In this document: one piece after another, positions 42,769 to 56,305 of the stretch | How positions within the stretch are numbered: position 1 is the stretch's first letter | How the letters are laid out: the number at the start of each line of letters is the position of its first letter | From: the human T2T-CHM13v2.0 reference genome, Homo sapiens | Assembly: GCF_009914755.1 (NCBI RefSeq) | Contig: NC_060925.1 | Length of the DNA stretch: 64,000 nt | Strand: one strand, 5' to 3' | Notes under the pieces: generated by a model | What the model saw: only the letters and a program-made list of their open reading frames with translations | Database searches by the model: none | Told to the model about the DNA's origin: nothing | Made by a program: the position numbers and the translations under genes

Positions 42769-44153
42769 ATGGCCCTTCGTGATAAGTCAGCTGTGACTGT
42801 CAGGGCTATGCTATGGGCCTTCTAGACTGTCTTCTATGATCCTGCCCTTCAGAGATGAAGGGCTTGGGGGGGTCTTCCCTCCAAAGCTAGAACTTTCTTT
42901 CCAGGATAACTGAAGTCTTTTGACTTTTTGGGGGGAGGGCGGTTCATCCTCTTCTGCTTCAAATAAAAAGTCATTAATTTATTAAAACTTGTGTGGCACT
43001 TTAACATTGCTTTCACCTATATTTTGTGTATTTTGTTACTTGTATGTATGAATTTTGTTATGTAAAATATAGTTATAGACCTAAATAAACTTTTAAAACT
43101 CCTTCTTGCTTTTCATTCCAACCAATCAAAGTACAAAAGTACATAAAGGCTTTCAGAAGCAGAAAATGTTGGGGTGGGTGCTGAAGGAGGAATGTGAAGA
43201 ATATTCCTGAGACCGTGTGCATGATTCCTATAGGGGAAGGCAGGGTTTGGAAAAGAGTTTGAGGCCAATACATTGGAACAGTACTGAAGAGTTAGGGCTG
43301 GTAAAGAGGAGAGGATTGAGATATAATGCAGGAAGAGAGAGGGAGAGATGTGGAATTGGAAAAGCAGAGAATGAAGAGAAACTTAAGTACTGGCAGTGTT
43401 TCCATGTGTGATCCTATGATTCAAATTCTGTATTTTTGTCATAGGAACCTGGTTGAGTTTGTCAGTCTAGCTGTTTTAATAACACTAACAAATAGTTTAC
43501 ATGCTTATTAGCTGTTTGTAATCATGTCACTTTATCCATTGTTCTTTTAGAGAAAAGACTCTGAGTCCTGGACTCTGGAGGATGATGGTATATGTCAGAG
43601 GAAGTAGATCTGGTGGTACGATTAAAGTTACTATTGACTTTATCTATGTCAGAGAAATAGTATGATCCCATGTGGTTTCTGCCCATGGCATAATGAGGAT
43701 GTTGGAACAAGACTCTATAGATTTTCAGCCCTGCCACTTTATATACTGTGCAAATTAAACTCTCCAAGCTTCAGTTTCTCCTTCCCTGCAGTGGGGATGA
43801 TGATGATGATAACAGTACCAACCTCCAGACTGTTGTGAGGGTTCAATTAATTAATATATGTAAGAGGCAAAGAAGAAAGGTGTATAATATACTATCAACA
43901 AACATTAGCAATTACTATTAATTGTTAGTTGGGTGATAACTATGTACTAGGTACTTGACATACACAATCTAACTTAATCTTCACAGTAGCATTATGGAAT
44001 ACTATCTTCTTTTTGAAGATGAGCATTATGAGGTTCAAAGAGGTTAAACAATTTATTCAAAGACACAAAGCTATAAAGTGGGGACAGGAAGGCTGGAATG
44101 AAGAACCCTGTCCTGCCTGAGTCTAGAGCCTCAGCATGCCACCTTACAAATAG

Positions 44154-44557
<404 letters not shown>

Positions 44558-45728
44558 GCTAGTTGTGTGTTTTTTATAGCAAGTGACGGAATCTGCAAAA
44601 TATCCTTAGGCACAACTTTACTGCCAGTTGAGTCAATGACAATATAAAAGCAAGGATATTTGCCTTTGCTTTGTTGGTGTAAACAAAATAATCAAAAGGA
44701 TAACCTTGTGTTAGTTCCCAGTCAATCCAATCCAGAGTATATTTGCCCTGTGCACATTGGGAGATTTATTTTCATCTCAGAAATTATGGGAGAGCTTGGC
44801 TAGAACAATGCTACATTATACATTATATTTCTTAGGTTGATTTTTTAAAGACGGAGAGAAGGTTACACTAACAACGCACTTGTCCCTGGCTGTCATTTCA
44901 CATTTTTAACTGCCCTTTTTTCCTGGCCCTGGCCCAAGTCTTACGCAGCCTGGCTTCACATGGAAGGAACCTGAAAAAAAAAAAAAAAGAGAGAGAGATG
45001 GAGTGACACGTACATCCTGCATTAGATTCTTCCTTTCCTGAATCTCATCTCAATTCTCAACATTGACCCCCCTCAACCTGTTTGAACTTCTCAAGAGGAT
45101 TGATGGTACTCACTTTTATATAGTTTCTTAGTATTTTGATAGCATGCCTTTTCTCCTTTTAAAAAACCCAACACACACGGAATATAAGAAGAAAGATTTT
45201 TATCGTGTTTAGTTGTGACATCTCAGATCCTCCCATTTGGGTGCAATCTATTTTTCTACAGAGAAATATAAACAAACTTTATTTACTTTTAAATGTCTGT
45301 TGATCATTTTGGTTTAGTTTCTTTGGGGACTGTTTCTTGTATACTAGGTATCTAAAAATCCTTATATTGTATGTAGTCTTAGTTTGATTATTGTAATCAC
45401 AACTATGTCACCCAGTTCCAAAGGGGGGGAAAAAGTTTGAACAAATTAAATCAGAACACATGCCCATTATTAAAAAAATCAATTCTTGGTACAAGCAGTT
45501 TCTTGCCCCCTTCCCAGGTCCTACTCCTCACAGGCAACCACTTTCAAGTTGTTGGTTTTTTAAAAGAATTTTTGATTTTGCAATAATTTTAGATGAACAG
45601 ACAAGTTGCAAAGATACTACATAAAGTTATTACTCTATATCCTTTCTACTTCCCCTAATGTTAAAACCTTACATAACCATGTTATATTTATCAAACCTAA
45701 GAAATTGGCATTGGTATAACATTAATGA

Positions 45729-46011
<283 letters not shown>

Positions 46012-46497
46012 GCTGGGGAGCGGGACAAGGCGGTGGAGAATCTGATCCTTACCAAAGTTTGACACTACTGCGTTAGCGTTAAAAAAAAAAAAACCCAGCT
46101 AAGACTGTAGAGCAAATTAAAGGATCCTGAGTTGAGGGCGTTCTCTTGTTTAGTCAAAGGAGATGGTATCTGCCTGCCTTAGTGTGCTTGACGCACAGAA
46201 AGGGCTCAACACATTGTTGTTGAATAAAAGAATGGATAAATTGACACTGGGAAGTTGGAGTCCAAAGTTACTCTTAGTCTCAACTGCTCCCTGTTTTCAT
46301 AGACCAGACTCCAGCCTACAATACAGGAAAAATAGATTTAGTTCTATATGTGCAGAGAAGCACAAATAATTTTCGTAAATGTAGATACCCAGGATAAAAC
46401 GCAGTGTTGACCGATCGAAAAGTCTTTCTCTAAGAATTCAAACATAATTGCTGGTTGGTTCAAATCAGGAGGAAAAGTAAGGATGGAAAACATACGT

Positions 46498-46581
46498 TGT
46501 CAAAAGTGGGATTCGAACCCACGCCTCCAGCGGAGGGTGCGATTTGAACGCAGCGCCTTAAGACTGCTCGGCCATCCTGAC
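46498..46581 (-). tRNA. TRL-CAA6-1: tRNA-Leu(CAA), intronless, on a Leu-CAG-type body
   Basis: GTCAGGATGGCCGAGCAGTCTTAAGGCGCTGCGTTCAAATCGCACCCTCCGCTGGAGGCGTGGGTTCGAATCCCACTTTTGACA; intact B-box, T4 terminator. Confidence 0.88.
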
Positions 46582-47269
46582 ACACGTTTTGCTAAACTTC
46601 CTAATTTCTCCTAATTTTATCATATACTGATGGTGCACGCTATCAGGTCACATTAATGTGTCTATTTACTGTTTCAAATAAAATTGTAACTCTCTCTAGA
46701 CCTTGTCGCAAAGCGGGAAAAATGAAACAGCCTCCGACAGCTCTTTCCTCTTTCCTCACTACCCAAACTAAACCTTAAGGCTCCATTTTCCCTGGCGACT
46801 CTTCGAGCGCCCCTCTGCTTCTGTAGAGGGGTCGAGCCATGTCAAGGTAGACCCTGTGTCGGCCCGTCTCCCTCGGATCCTCCGCACCAATCACTGTTGC
46901 TGAATCCGACACCCGGCGGATCCAGTGCGGAGTCTCGAACAGCTGCGGAGCTGGGAGCTACCGGACATGAGGAGTGCGCGGGGGAAGAGAAGACGGCGGA
47001 GGAAAATCCCCCGGCGGTGCTCAACTGCGGCTTTCTCTCTCGGCTGTGAGCCGGCTCCGCCCTCCGGCTTCCAGAGCAAGTGGCTTCTGCGTTCACCGCC
47101 CCCCGCCGTTTGTGGGGCGGGGCCGATTCATAAGAATCGGTTCTCACCAATGGAGGGCTTAGCTTGTTTAACCTCAGGATCATAAACAAAAGACACTGCT
47201 AGAACGGTCGGGAGAGTCATACGCTTTGCTTATCTTATATATAGATTTCTAAAATTCCAAACCGGGGAC

Positions 47270-47341
47270 GCGTTGGTGGTGTAGTGGTGAGCACAGCTGC
47301 CTTTCAAGCAGTTAACGCGGGTTCGATTCCCGGGTAACGAA
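47270..47341 (+). tRNA. TRE-TTC5-1: tRNA with TTC (Glu) anticodon on a Gly-TCC body
   Basis: GCGTTGGTGGTGTAGTGGTGAGCACAGCTGCCTTTCAAGCAGTTAACGCGGGTTCGATTCCCGGGTAACGAA; A/B boxes intact, T5 at 47345-47349; acceptor-stem mismatches. Confidence 0.85.
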
Positions 47342-49209
47342 ACGTTTTTGTCTTTCCTTCTACGAAAAACTTTTCTGAGCCGGAGCCTCCAGCGCGCTGT
47401 GTATTCGTTTTACGCCTCAACGAAACTGCAGCAATACCTCACTTTCCGTACTCGCTTCCTGTCTTTCCCCTGGCCTCTTTCTAAACCCAGGCTTTTTTTG
47501 AAGGGATTAAATTCTGATGGTTCTTTCCTCCCTTCCTTCCTTTGTAAACTTCCAACTCTTGAGGAATCTTTGGGATCATTTCAATCCTGGGATGAGTCTT
47601 AGCTTCAGAAAGGGGCTCTTGTGTCTTCACTTGCGAGGTTCATTCGCTAGCCTCTACAAATCATCACTTAAGCCCCTAATTATTCCCGGCCGAGGTCCTA
47701 GGCTAAGGTCCCGGGCCAAGCTTTCTAATTAGTCCCAGGCCAAGGTCCCAGGCCAACCTAAATCACGCATTCTCCAAAACAGCCGGCAAACTAAGCACAT
47801 TCCTTCCCGTTTCCAGTCCATAAAACCCCCCCCCAAGTGGCCTCATAGTAAGCAACTCATTCGGGCCCCCTCTCTGCTGGCAAAAAGCTCAGATGTACTG
47901 GACTGTGCATTTGATTTGGAACTGAGTTACATGGGAGAGAAGCAGGGATTCAGTTTGGCTGGGAATCAAACTCTTTTGATAATTTCCTAATAAACTGATA
48001 GTCATTAGATGACTTGTAGTCTCGATAAGTTGAAACTTTTTCCTAACATGCTGTTTATGATACTGAGTTCTTTGTCACCGGTTGAACTAACAGCAATTGT
48101 ATTCACAAATTTTCCAGCCTTTAAAATACTGTCTGAGGGTTTTATGTATCCGTTATCTTTTATTATACAAAAGTCATTTATTGGAATGACATATATAATT
48201 AGATTGACCCTAACCATTCAGGCTGGATGAGGCAACACAGTGTGAAGATTAAGTGCATGGGCTCTGTTGTGCTTCCTGTGTTTGAATCTTGGCTCTCTTT
48301 GTCTCCATTTCCTCCTGTAAAAGAGGATAATGATAATTTTAATTCTTAAATGGGTTAATATATAAACATATATTACAAATGTATAAACATTGCCAGGAGG
48401 GTCCATTGTTAATGCCTGTAGTGGGATGATGTTTGAGATTTTAAGTCTCATTCCCTAAAATGGAGGTGAAATTCAACAGGGATGGGAAGAAAGGACATCT
48501 GCACCTCAGCCACCCTTTAGCTCCAAACCTCCCTTATGCTCTCATCTGCCCCACAGCCTCCATCCTGTAACAAGAGGAGCAGCTGTGCCAGTGGAGGCCA
48601 CAGCATCTAGCTTATGCCTCCAATGTAACCTGTTACTGCCCACCTGCTCTCCCTGATATTCTCTGACTCTTAGTACTAAGGTCCCACAGAGGCTGCAGTG
48701 CCCACAGGCAAGAAGAACCAAAGGGTAGTACTGACTGGTAGTGGCTAGCCACAGCTGTGTGGGGCCAGATTGACACTGCGCAATCGCTAAGTGGATCAGC
48801 GTTCAGGCTGCCCTGTCTTGGGAGACATACAGAGACAGGGACCTATAACCAACACCTGCCATAGGCTGGCTTCAGTTAGCCCTTCACGTTGGGATTCACT
48901 GAGTGGTTTTTCTGGAAGTGGCCACCTAGAGTTCCCTGTGGCCAGCCGAGGTATGGGGCTGGCTTTTTGGGATGTCTAGGGGAAGCCAAAAGCAAAACCC
49001 AGAAGATAATTCTTTTTGTGGAGGAGTTAACAGATATAGCACTGACCAATCAGAATAGCCACTGGCTATACATTTCCCCATTATAACAGGATTCACTGCA
49101 TTCCACAAATTTTGTTTTTTTAAATTTCCAAATATATGAAGGCTTTTAAAAGTTATTTTTTGTTATTGATTTCTGAGTTAAATTCCTTATGTTCAGAAAA
49201 TGTGCTTCA

Positions 49210-49576
<367 letters not shown>

Positions 49577-50107
49577 GAAACTTATCAGCCTCATATAAAG
49601 TCAGTTTTCATAATATCCCATGTGAGTTTGAGAAGAATGTACAACTAATAATTATTGATTGCAGTTCTATATATATATATCTGTTAAATTGAGCTTGTTA
49701 ATTGCATTCATATGCTTAATAAAAGTAAATAAGAAAAAGAGACACACGCTTAATAATTTTTTTCTGTTTGATCTAGTAAGGGTTGAAGTATGCGGAATTC
49801 TCTCACTGTGGCGACGGATTTGTTCATTTTCCCTTGTAGGCCTAATTCTTGCTTTCATATTTTAATGCCATTTTATCTGTTATATATTCATCAGTAGTTT
49901 AATCTTTTATTATATGATGACCATCTTCATCCCTAATGATGCATTATTTCTTAAACTTTATTTTGTCTGATATTGTATAGCTATATGCCAACTTTCTTTT
50001 TGTTAGAATATTCCTGGCATTCCCTTTTCCATTTAGTCTTTCTGTTTCTTTACATTTTAATGTCATTCTTCTAAACAGAATAAAACTGATCTTAAAAATT
50101 CACTTTA

Positions 50108-50464
<357 letters not shown>

Positions 50465-50508
50465 TCACCACCTCGTTTTGTACTTTTGACCTCAATTATT
50501 CTTTTATT

Positions 50509-51971
50509 TTTATTTTTTTTTAATTGATCATTCTTGGGTGTTTCTCACAGAGGGGGATTTGGCAGGGTCATAGGACAATGGTGGAGGGAGGGTCAGCAGA
50601 TAAACAAGTGAACAAAGGTCTCTGGTTTTCCTAGGCAGAGGACCCTGCGGCCTTCCGCAGTGTTTGTGTCCCTGGGTACTTGAGATTAGGGAGTGGCGAT
50701 GACTCTTAACGAGCATGCTGCCTTCAAGCATCTGTTTAACAAAGCACATCTTCCACTGCCCTTAATCCATTTAACCCTGAGTGGACACAGCACATGTTTC
50801 AGAGAGCACAGGGTTGGGGGTAAGGTCATACATAGATCAACAGCATCCCAAGGCAGAAGAATTTTTCTTAGTACAGAACAAAATGGAGTTTCCCATGTCT
50901 ACTTCTTTCTACACAGACACAGCAACAATCTGATTTCTCTATCTTTTCCCCACATTTCCCCCTTTTCTATTCCACAAAACCGCCATCGTCATCATGGCCC
51001 GTTCTCAACGAGCTGTTGGGTATAGCTCACAGACGGGGTGGCGGCTGGGCAGAGGGGCTCCTCACTTCCCAGAAGGGGCAGACGGGCAGAGGCACCCCCC
51101 ACCTCCCGGACGGGGCGGTGGCAGGGCAGAGTCGCCCCCCATCTCCCTCCCAGATGGGGTGGCTGCCGGGCAGAGGCGCTCCTCACTTCCCAGACGGGGC
51201 GGCTGCCGGGCGGAGGGGCTCCTCACTTCTCAGACGGGGCGGCTGGGCAGAGACGCTCCTCACCTCCCAGACGGGGTCGCGGCCGGGCAGAGGTGCTCCT
51301 CACATCCCAGACGTGGCGGCGGGGCAGAGGCGCTCCCCACATCTCAGACGATGGGCAGCCGGGCAGAGATGCTCCTCACTTCCTAGATGGGATGGAGGCC
51401 AGGAAGAGGCTCTCCTCACTTCCCAGACTGGGCAGCCGGGCAGAGGGGCTCCTCACATCCCAGACGATGGGAGGCCAGGCAGAGACGCTCCTCACTTCCC
51501 AGACGGGGTGGCAGCCGGGCAGAGGCTGCAATCTCAGCACTTTGGGAGGCCAAGTCAGGCGGCTGGGAGGTGGAGGTTGTAGCTAGCCGAGACCACGCCA
51601 CTGCACTCCAGCCTGGGCAACATTGAGCACTGAGTGAACGAGACTCCGTCTGCAATCCCGGCACCTTGGGAGGCCGAGGCTGGCAGATCACTCGCGGTTA
51701 GGAGCTGGAGACCAGCACGGCCAACACGGCGAAACCCTGTCTCCACCAAAAAAATACGAAAACCAGTCAGGCGTGGCGGCGTGCGCCTGCAATCGCAGGC
51801 ACTCGGCAGGCTGAGGCAGGAGAATCAGGCAGGTAGGTTGCAGTAAGCCGAGATGGCAGCAGCACAGTGCAGCTTCGGCTGGGCATCAGAGGGAGACCGT
51901 GGAAAGAGAGGGAGAGAGAGACTGTGGGGAGAGGGGGAGGGGAGGGGGAGGGGGAGAGGGAGAGGGAGAGC
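50509..51971 (-). mobile_element. Full-length SVA retrotransposon
   Basis: On the - strand: (CCCTCT)n hexamers (about 51905-51970), Alu-like region, GC-rich VNTR (about 51030-51520), SINE-R and poly-A. TSD tattcttttatt at 50497-50508 and 51972-51983. Confidence 0.95.
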
Positions 51972-52197
51972 TATTCTTTTATTCTTTAAAAATTCTTCCT
52001 TTTTACTCTCCTGCTTTTGCATTGCTGTCACATACATGTAAAATGTAGCACAGGAAATGTATGTGTATTCACAATCAACTGGAAACTAATAACTTTTTAT
52101 TTCTGCTGTCAATCCAACAATGGAGGTAAAGCACAGAGTGGTAGTTCCAAACTTGAACTTCACAGATGAACAAAATTTCCCCACAATGTTGGTTACT

Positions 52198-52346
52198 GGC
52201 CAGGCGAGGTGGCTCAAGCCTGTAATCCCAACTACTTGGGAAGCTAAGGCAGGAGGATTGCTTGAGCTTGAGAGTTGCAGGCTGCAGTGAGCTAAGATCG
52301 TGCAGCTACACTCCAACCTAGGTGATAGAGCAAGACCCTGTCTCTA
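52198..52346 (+). mobile_element. Free Alu monomer (FLAM-like)
   Basis: Single Alu monomer. Confidence 0.7.
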
Positions 52347-52492
52347 ATGACATCAGAAAAGTTGGTTACTAGTATAGGGTGGCCAACTTTTCATTTTGCC
52401 AAATTGCAAAATTCATAAAACAAATAGCCACAAAACTATCATCTATCCTAATTTTAATTTTAAAAAAGAAAGGACATTTAAAAACAACTTAT

Positions 52493-54168
52493 TTTGGCAA
52501 ATGAAAACTTATTACTACTGGGTTTTCACCATTAAAGCTGATGAGCTTGGTCTTTCCTCCTTGCTTTTGATAGGGCCAAAAGAGAGACATTGGCTACTTT
52601 AACAACTTTAAGGTGGACTCCAGGAATATCACCAACAGCATGACCTTTCCTGCCAAATCCAGCAACCAGAACTGTTGCAGGAAGTCAGGGACCCTGAACG
52701 GAGGGACCAGCTGGAGCCGAGGCAGAAGAACATAAATTGTGATGATTTCATGGACATTTGTCAGTTTCCAAAATTAATACTTTTATAATTTCTTACACCT
52801 GTCTTTACTGCAATCTCTGAACATAAATTGTGAAGAATTCATGGACATTTATCGCTTCCCCAATCAATACTCTTATAATTTCTTATGCCTGTCTTTAATC
52901 TCTTAATCCTGTCATCTTCGTAAGCTGAGGATGTGTGTCACCTCAGGACCCTGTGATGGTTGCGTTAACTGTACAAATTGTAAAACATCTGTGTTTGAAC
53001 AATATGAAATCAGCGCACCCTGAAAAAGAACAGAATAACAGCAATTTTCAGGGAACAAGGAAAGATAACTGTAAGGTCTGACTGCCTGTGGGGTCGGGCA
53101 GAATAGTGTCATATTTTTCTTCTTGCAGAGAGCCTATAGATGGACATGTGAGTAGGAGAAATATTGCTGAATTCTTTTCCCCACAAGGAATATTAATAAT
53201 TGATAGCCCTGGGGAAGGAATGCATTCCTGGGGGTAGGTCTATAGATGGCCGCTCTGGGAGTCTCAGTCTTATGTGGTTGAGATAAGGACTGAAATACAC
53301 CCTGGTCTCCTGCAGTACCCTCAGGCTTACTAGGATTGGGAAATTCCAGCCTGGTAAATTCTAGTCAGACCAGTTGTCTGCTCTCGAACCCTGTTTCCTG
53401 TTAAGATGTTTATCAAGACAATGCGTGCACAGCGGGACATAGGCCCTCATCAGTAATTCTAATTTTGCCTTGCCTTGTGATCTTTTATCGCCCTTTGAAG
53501 CATGTGATCTTTGTGACTTACTCCCTGTTTGTACACCCCCTCCCCTTTTAGAATCCCTAATAAAAACTTGCTGGTTTTGTGGCTCAGGTGGGCATCATGG
53601 AACCTGCCAGTATGTGATGTCACCCCTGGTGGCCCAGCAGTAAAATTTTTCTCTTTGTACTCTTTCTCTTCATTTCTCAGACCGGTCAACACTTAGGGAA
53701 AATAGAAAAGAACCTACATTGAAATATTGGGTGCTGGTTCCCCTGATACAGAACTTCATCATTTTTTTCAATAAAATTCAAGCAATCATCATCAGGTACA
53801 AAGGCTGTGATTTTCTTGCTGTTCTCTCATCTGCCTCACAGCCTCCAACCTGTAACAAGAGGATCAGCTGTGCCAGTGGAGACCACAGCATCTAGCTTAT
53901 GCTGGATGATCAGATTGGCCCTGGCACACTTCTCAGTGGCAGAGCTGGGCTATTTGGCTCCAATCCCTACTTTTTCCAGCCCAATTCCCTTTGCATGAGA
54001 AGCACCTCCAAAAGGGCTGGTCTTCAGGACTGTGCCCGAATGGGCTTTCTTGTACCATTTACCATGCCACTTCTGATCCTGTCGGTGACAATGGAGCTTC
54101 CTGGCGGTAGACAGTCCATGACACTTGCCCATATTGCCAGCTCCACAGGTCTGAGCAAAAGAACAGAG
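52493..54168 (-). pseudogene. RPS23P9: RPS23 processed pseudogene, interrupted twice
   Basis: ATG at 54132: [60 protein letters not shown]. Continues KKITAFVP...[12 protein letters not shown] and, past the [20 protein letters not shown]; intronless. The P-number is from recalled locus order. Confidence 0.9.
52673..53748 (+). mobile_element. MER11 (HERV-K11/HML-8) solo LTR
   Basis: Starts tgttgcaggaagtcagggacc; perfect 6-bp TSD cagaac at 52667-52672 and 53749-53754 inside the RPS23 sequence. Confidence 0.88.
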
Positions 54169-54199
54169 ACAAAAATTTAAAATAAAAGAAATGACTCTA

Positions 54200-54695
<496 letters not shown>

Positions 54696-55010
54696 ATGAC
54701 TCTAGTTTAAAGATCATTTGGCAAATTTATTTATTTATTTAATTATTTATTATACATATGATACACATATATGTATTTTACATAAGATATAAAATATGTG
54801 TACACATAAACATATATGCATATATAATTTCTGCATATGCATATCTATGTTTGCATGTCTTCTCATTTCACTAAACATCATTGAAAACTTCCACCTGCAA
54901 CTAAACTGGAGCCCACTGATGACAGAGGATGGCAGGGCAGAAAGAAAGGAGATTCTGTGTGGAGGCTATGGAGAGGCCCTGGGTCTTGGGCAGTATAGAA
55001 AATGGCTTTT

Positions 55011-55483
55011 GTCCAAGTGTTCTTATTGCTCAATTCCCACCTATAAGTGAGAACATGCGGTGTTTGATTTTCTGTCCTTGCGAAAGTTTGTTTAGACTGA
55101 TGGTTTCCAGCTTCATTTATGTCCCTACAAAGGACATGAACTCATCCTTTTTTATGGCTGCATAGTATTCTATAGTGTATATGTGCCACATTTTCTTACT
55201 CCAGTCTATCATTGATGGACGTTTGGGTTGGTTCCAAGTCTTTGCTATTGTGAATATTTCCGCAATAAACATACGTGTGCACGGGTGGGGAACATCACAC
55301 ACCGGGACCTGTCGTGGGTGGGGAAGGGGGGAGGGATAACATTAGGAAAAACACCTAATGTAAATGACGAGTTAATGGGTGCAGCACACCAACATGGCAC
55401 ATGTATACATATGTAACAAAACTGCACCTTGTGCACATGTAGCCTAGAACTTGAAGTATACATATATGAATTAAAGAAAAAAA
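55011..55483. mobile_element. 5'-truncated, 5'-inverted L1PA 3' end
   Basis: Antisense L1 3' UTR piece about 55011-55281, then a sense piece ending in an A-rich tail; TSD-like aaaa(t/a)ggctttt on both sides. Confidence 0.85.
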
Positions 55484-56231
55484 GGCTTTTTAGACCCAGC
55501 ACTGACGAGGTTCCCTAGGTCGATGGTGGTGGAATTAGGGGTCTCTGTCCTCAGACATTTGGATCTGGATATGTCAGCATGAAAGTCCTTAAGTTGCAGG
55601 CATTTTTTAAAAAATATTTTTTATTTCCAAGCTGAATACCATTAATTGGAATGTTACAGGCTTTTTAAGCTCCGTGTTCTGTCTGCATGGCTAATATGCC
55701 CGTAGAAACCTTTCAAAACAGCGTGGGTTGAAGACTAATTTTGTAATACAAAACTCACTTACTTAGATATCACATTTTGCTGGACGTGATTGGACCTGAA
55801 AGAAAATATTTTTAATGCTCACGATAATAACCTCTTTATGAGTCAGCACTAAACGTGTGCACATGCATACATAAATTGTCTACATCAGCAAAAAAAGCTT
55901 ATCGTCGTACTTCTCTGACCAAAATCAACGGAACCCCCGAAATCACAGAGAGCATCCATTTTGGATTCCCCGAAGACCCTTCGTTCCTGCATCCTCTTCT
56001 GCTCTCCCTTTCTCAGCCTCTTCTGCTGGAAGCTGAGTCCTGCTCCAGATCTAGGCAAGTGCTAGCGCGGAAAAAAGACCTGCCTCGCTCGGGGCTGTGA
56101 GCCGCGCCCTGAAGCACGGAAAGCTAATTGTGTCACTGGTTTCAAATCAACTTCAAATTTTTTGGAGACGTAAGAGTGCTGAGCATTTTTTCTTCAGTGA
56201 AGTGACTTGGCAGCCCAGGTCGCCAACGCCC

Positions 56232-56305
56232 GTTTCTGTAGCGCGATCGGTTAGCGCCTTCGGCTGTTAAACGAAAGGTTGGTGGTTCGTTCCCACCCCG
56301 GGACA
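56232..56305 (+). tRNA. tRNA-Asn(GTT), degenerate copy
   Basis: GTTTCTGTAGCGCGATCGGTTAGCGCCTTCGGCTGTTAAACGAAAGGTTGGTGGTTCGTTCCCACCCCGGGACA; mismatches in the anticodon stem and B-box; T5 downstream. Confidence 0.82.

Noticed and set aside
50528-51025. HERV-K-like ORFs (MLVKSHRHSLISSTQGHK...)
   Set aside because: SINE-R part of the SVA, not an independent provirus.
50992-51846. Overlapping GC-rich repetitive ORFs and a regularly repeated unit of about 35-50 bp
   Set aside because: This is the SVA VNTR and Alu-like region, not a coding gene or CRISPR-like array (no unique spacers; human DNA).
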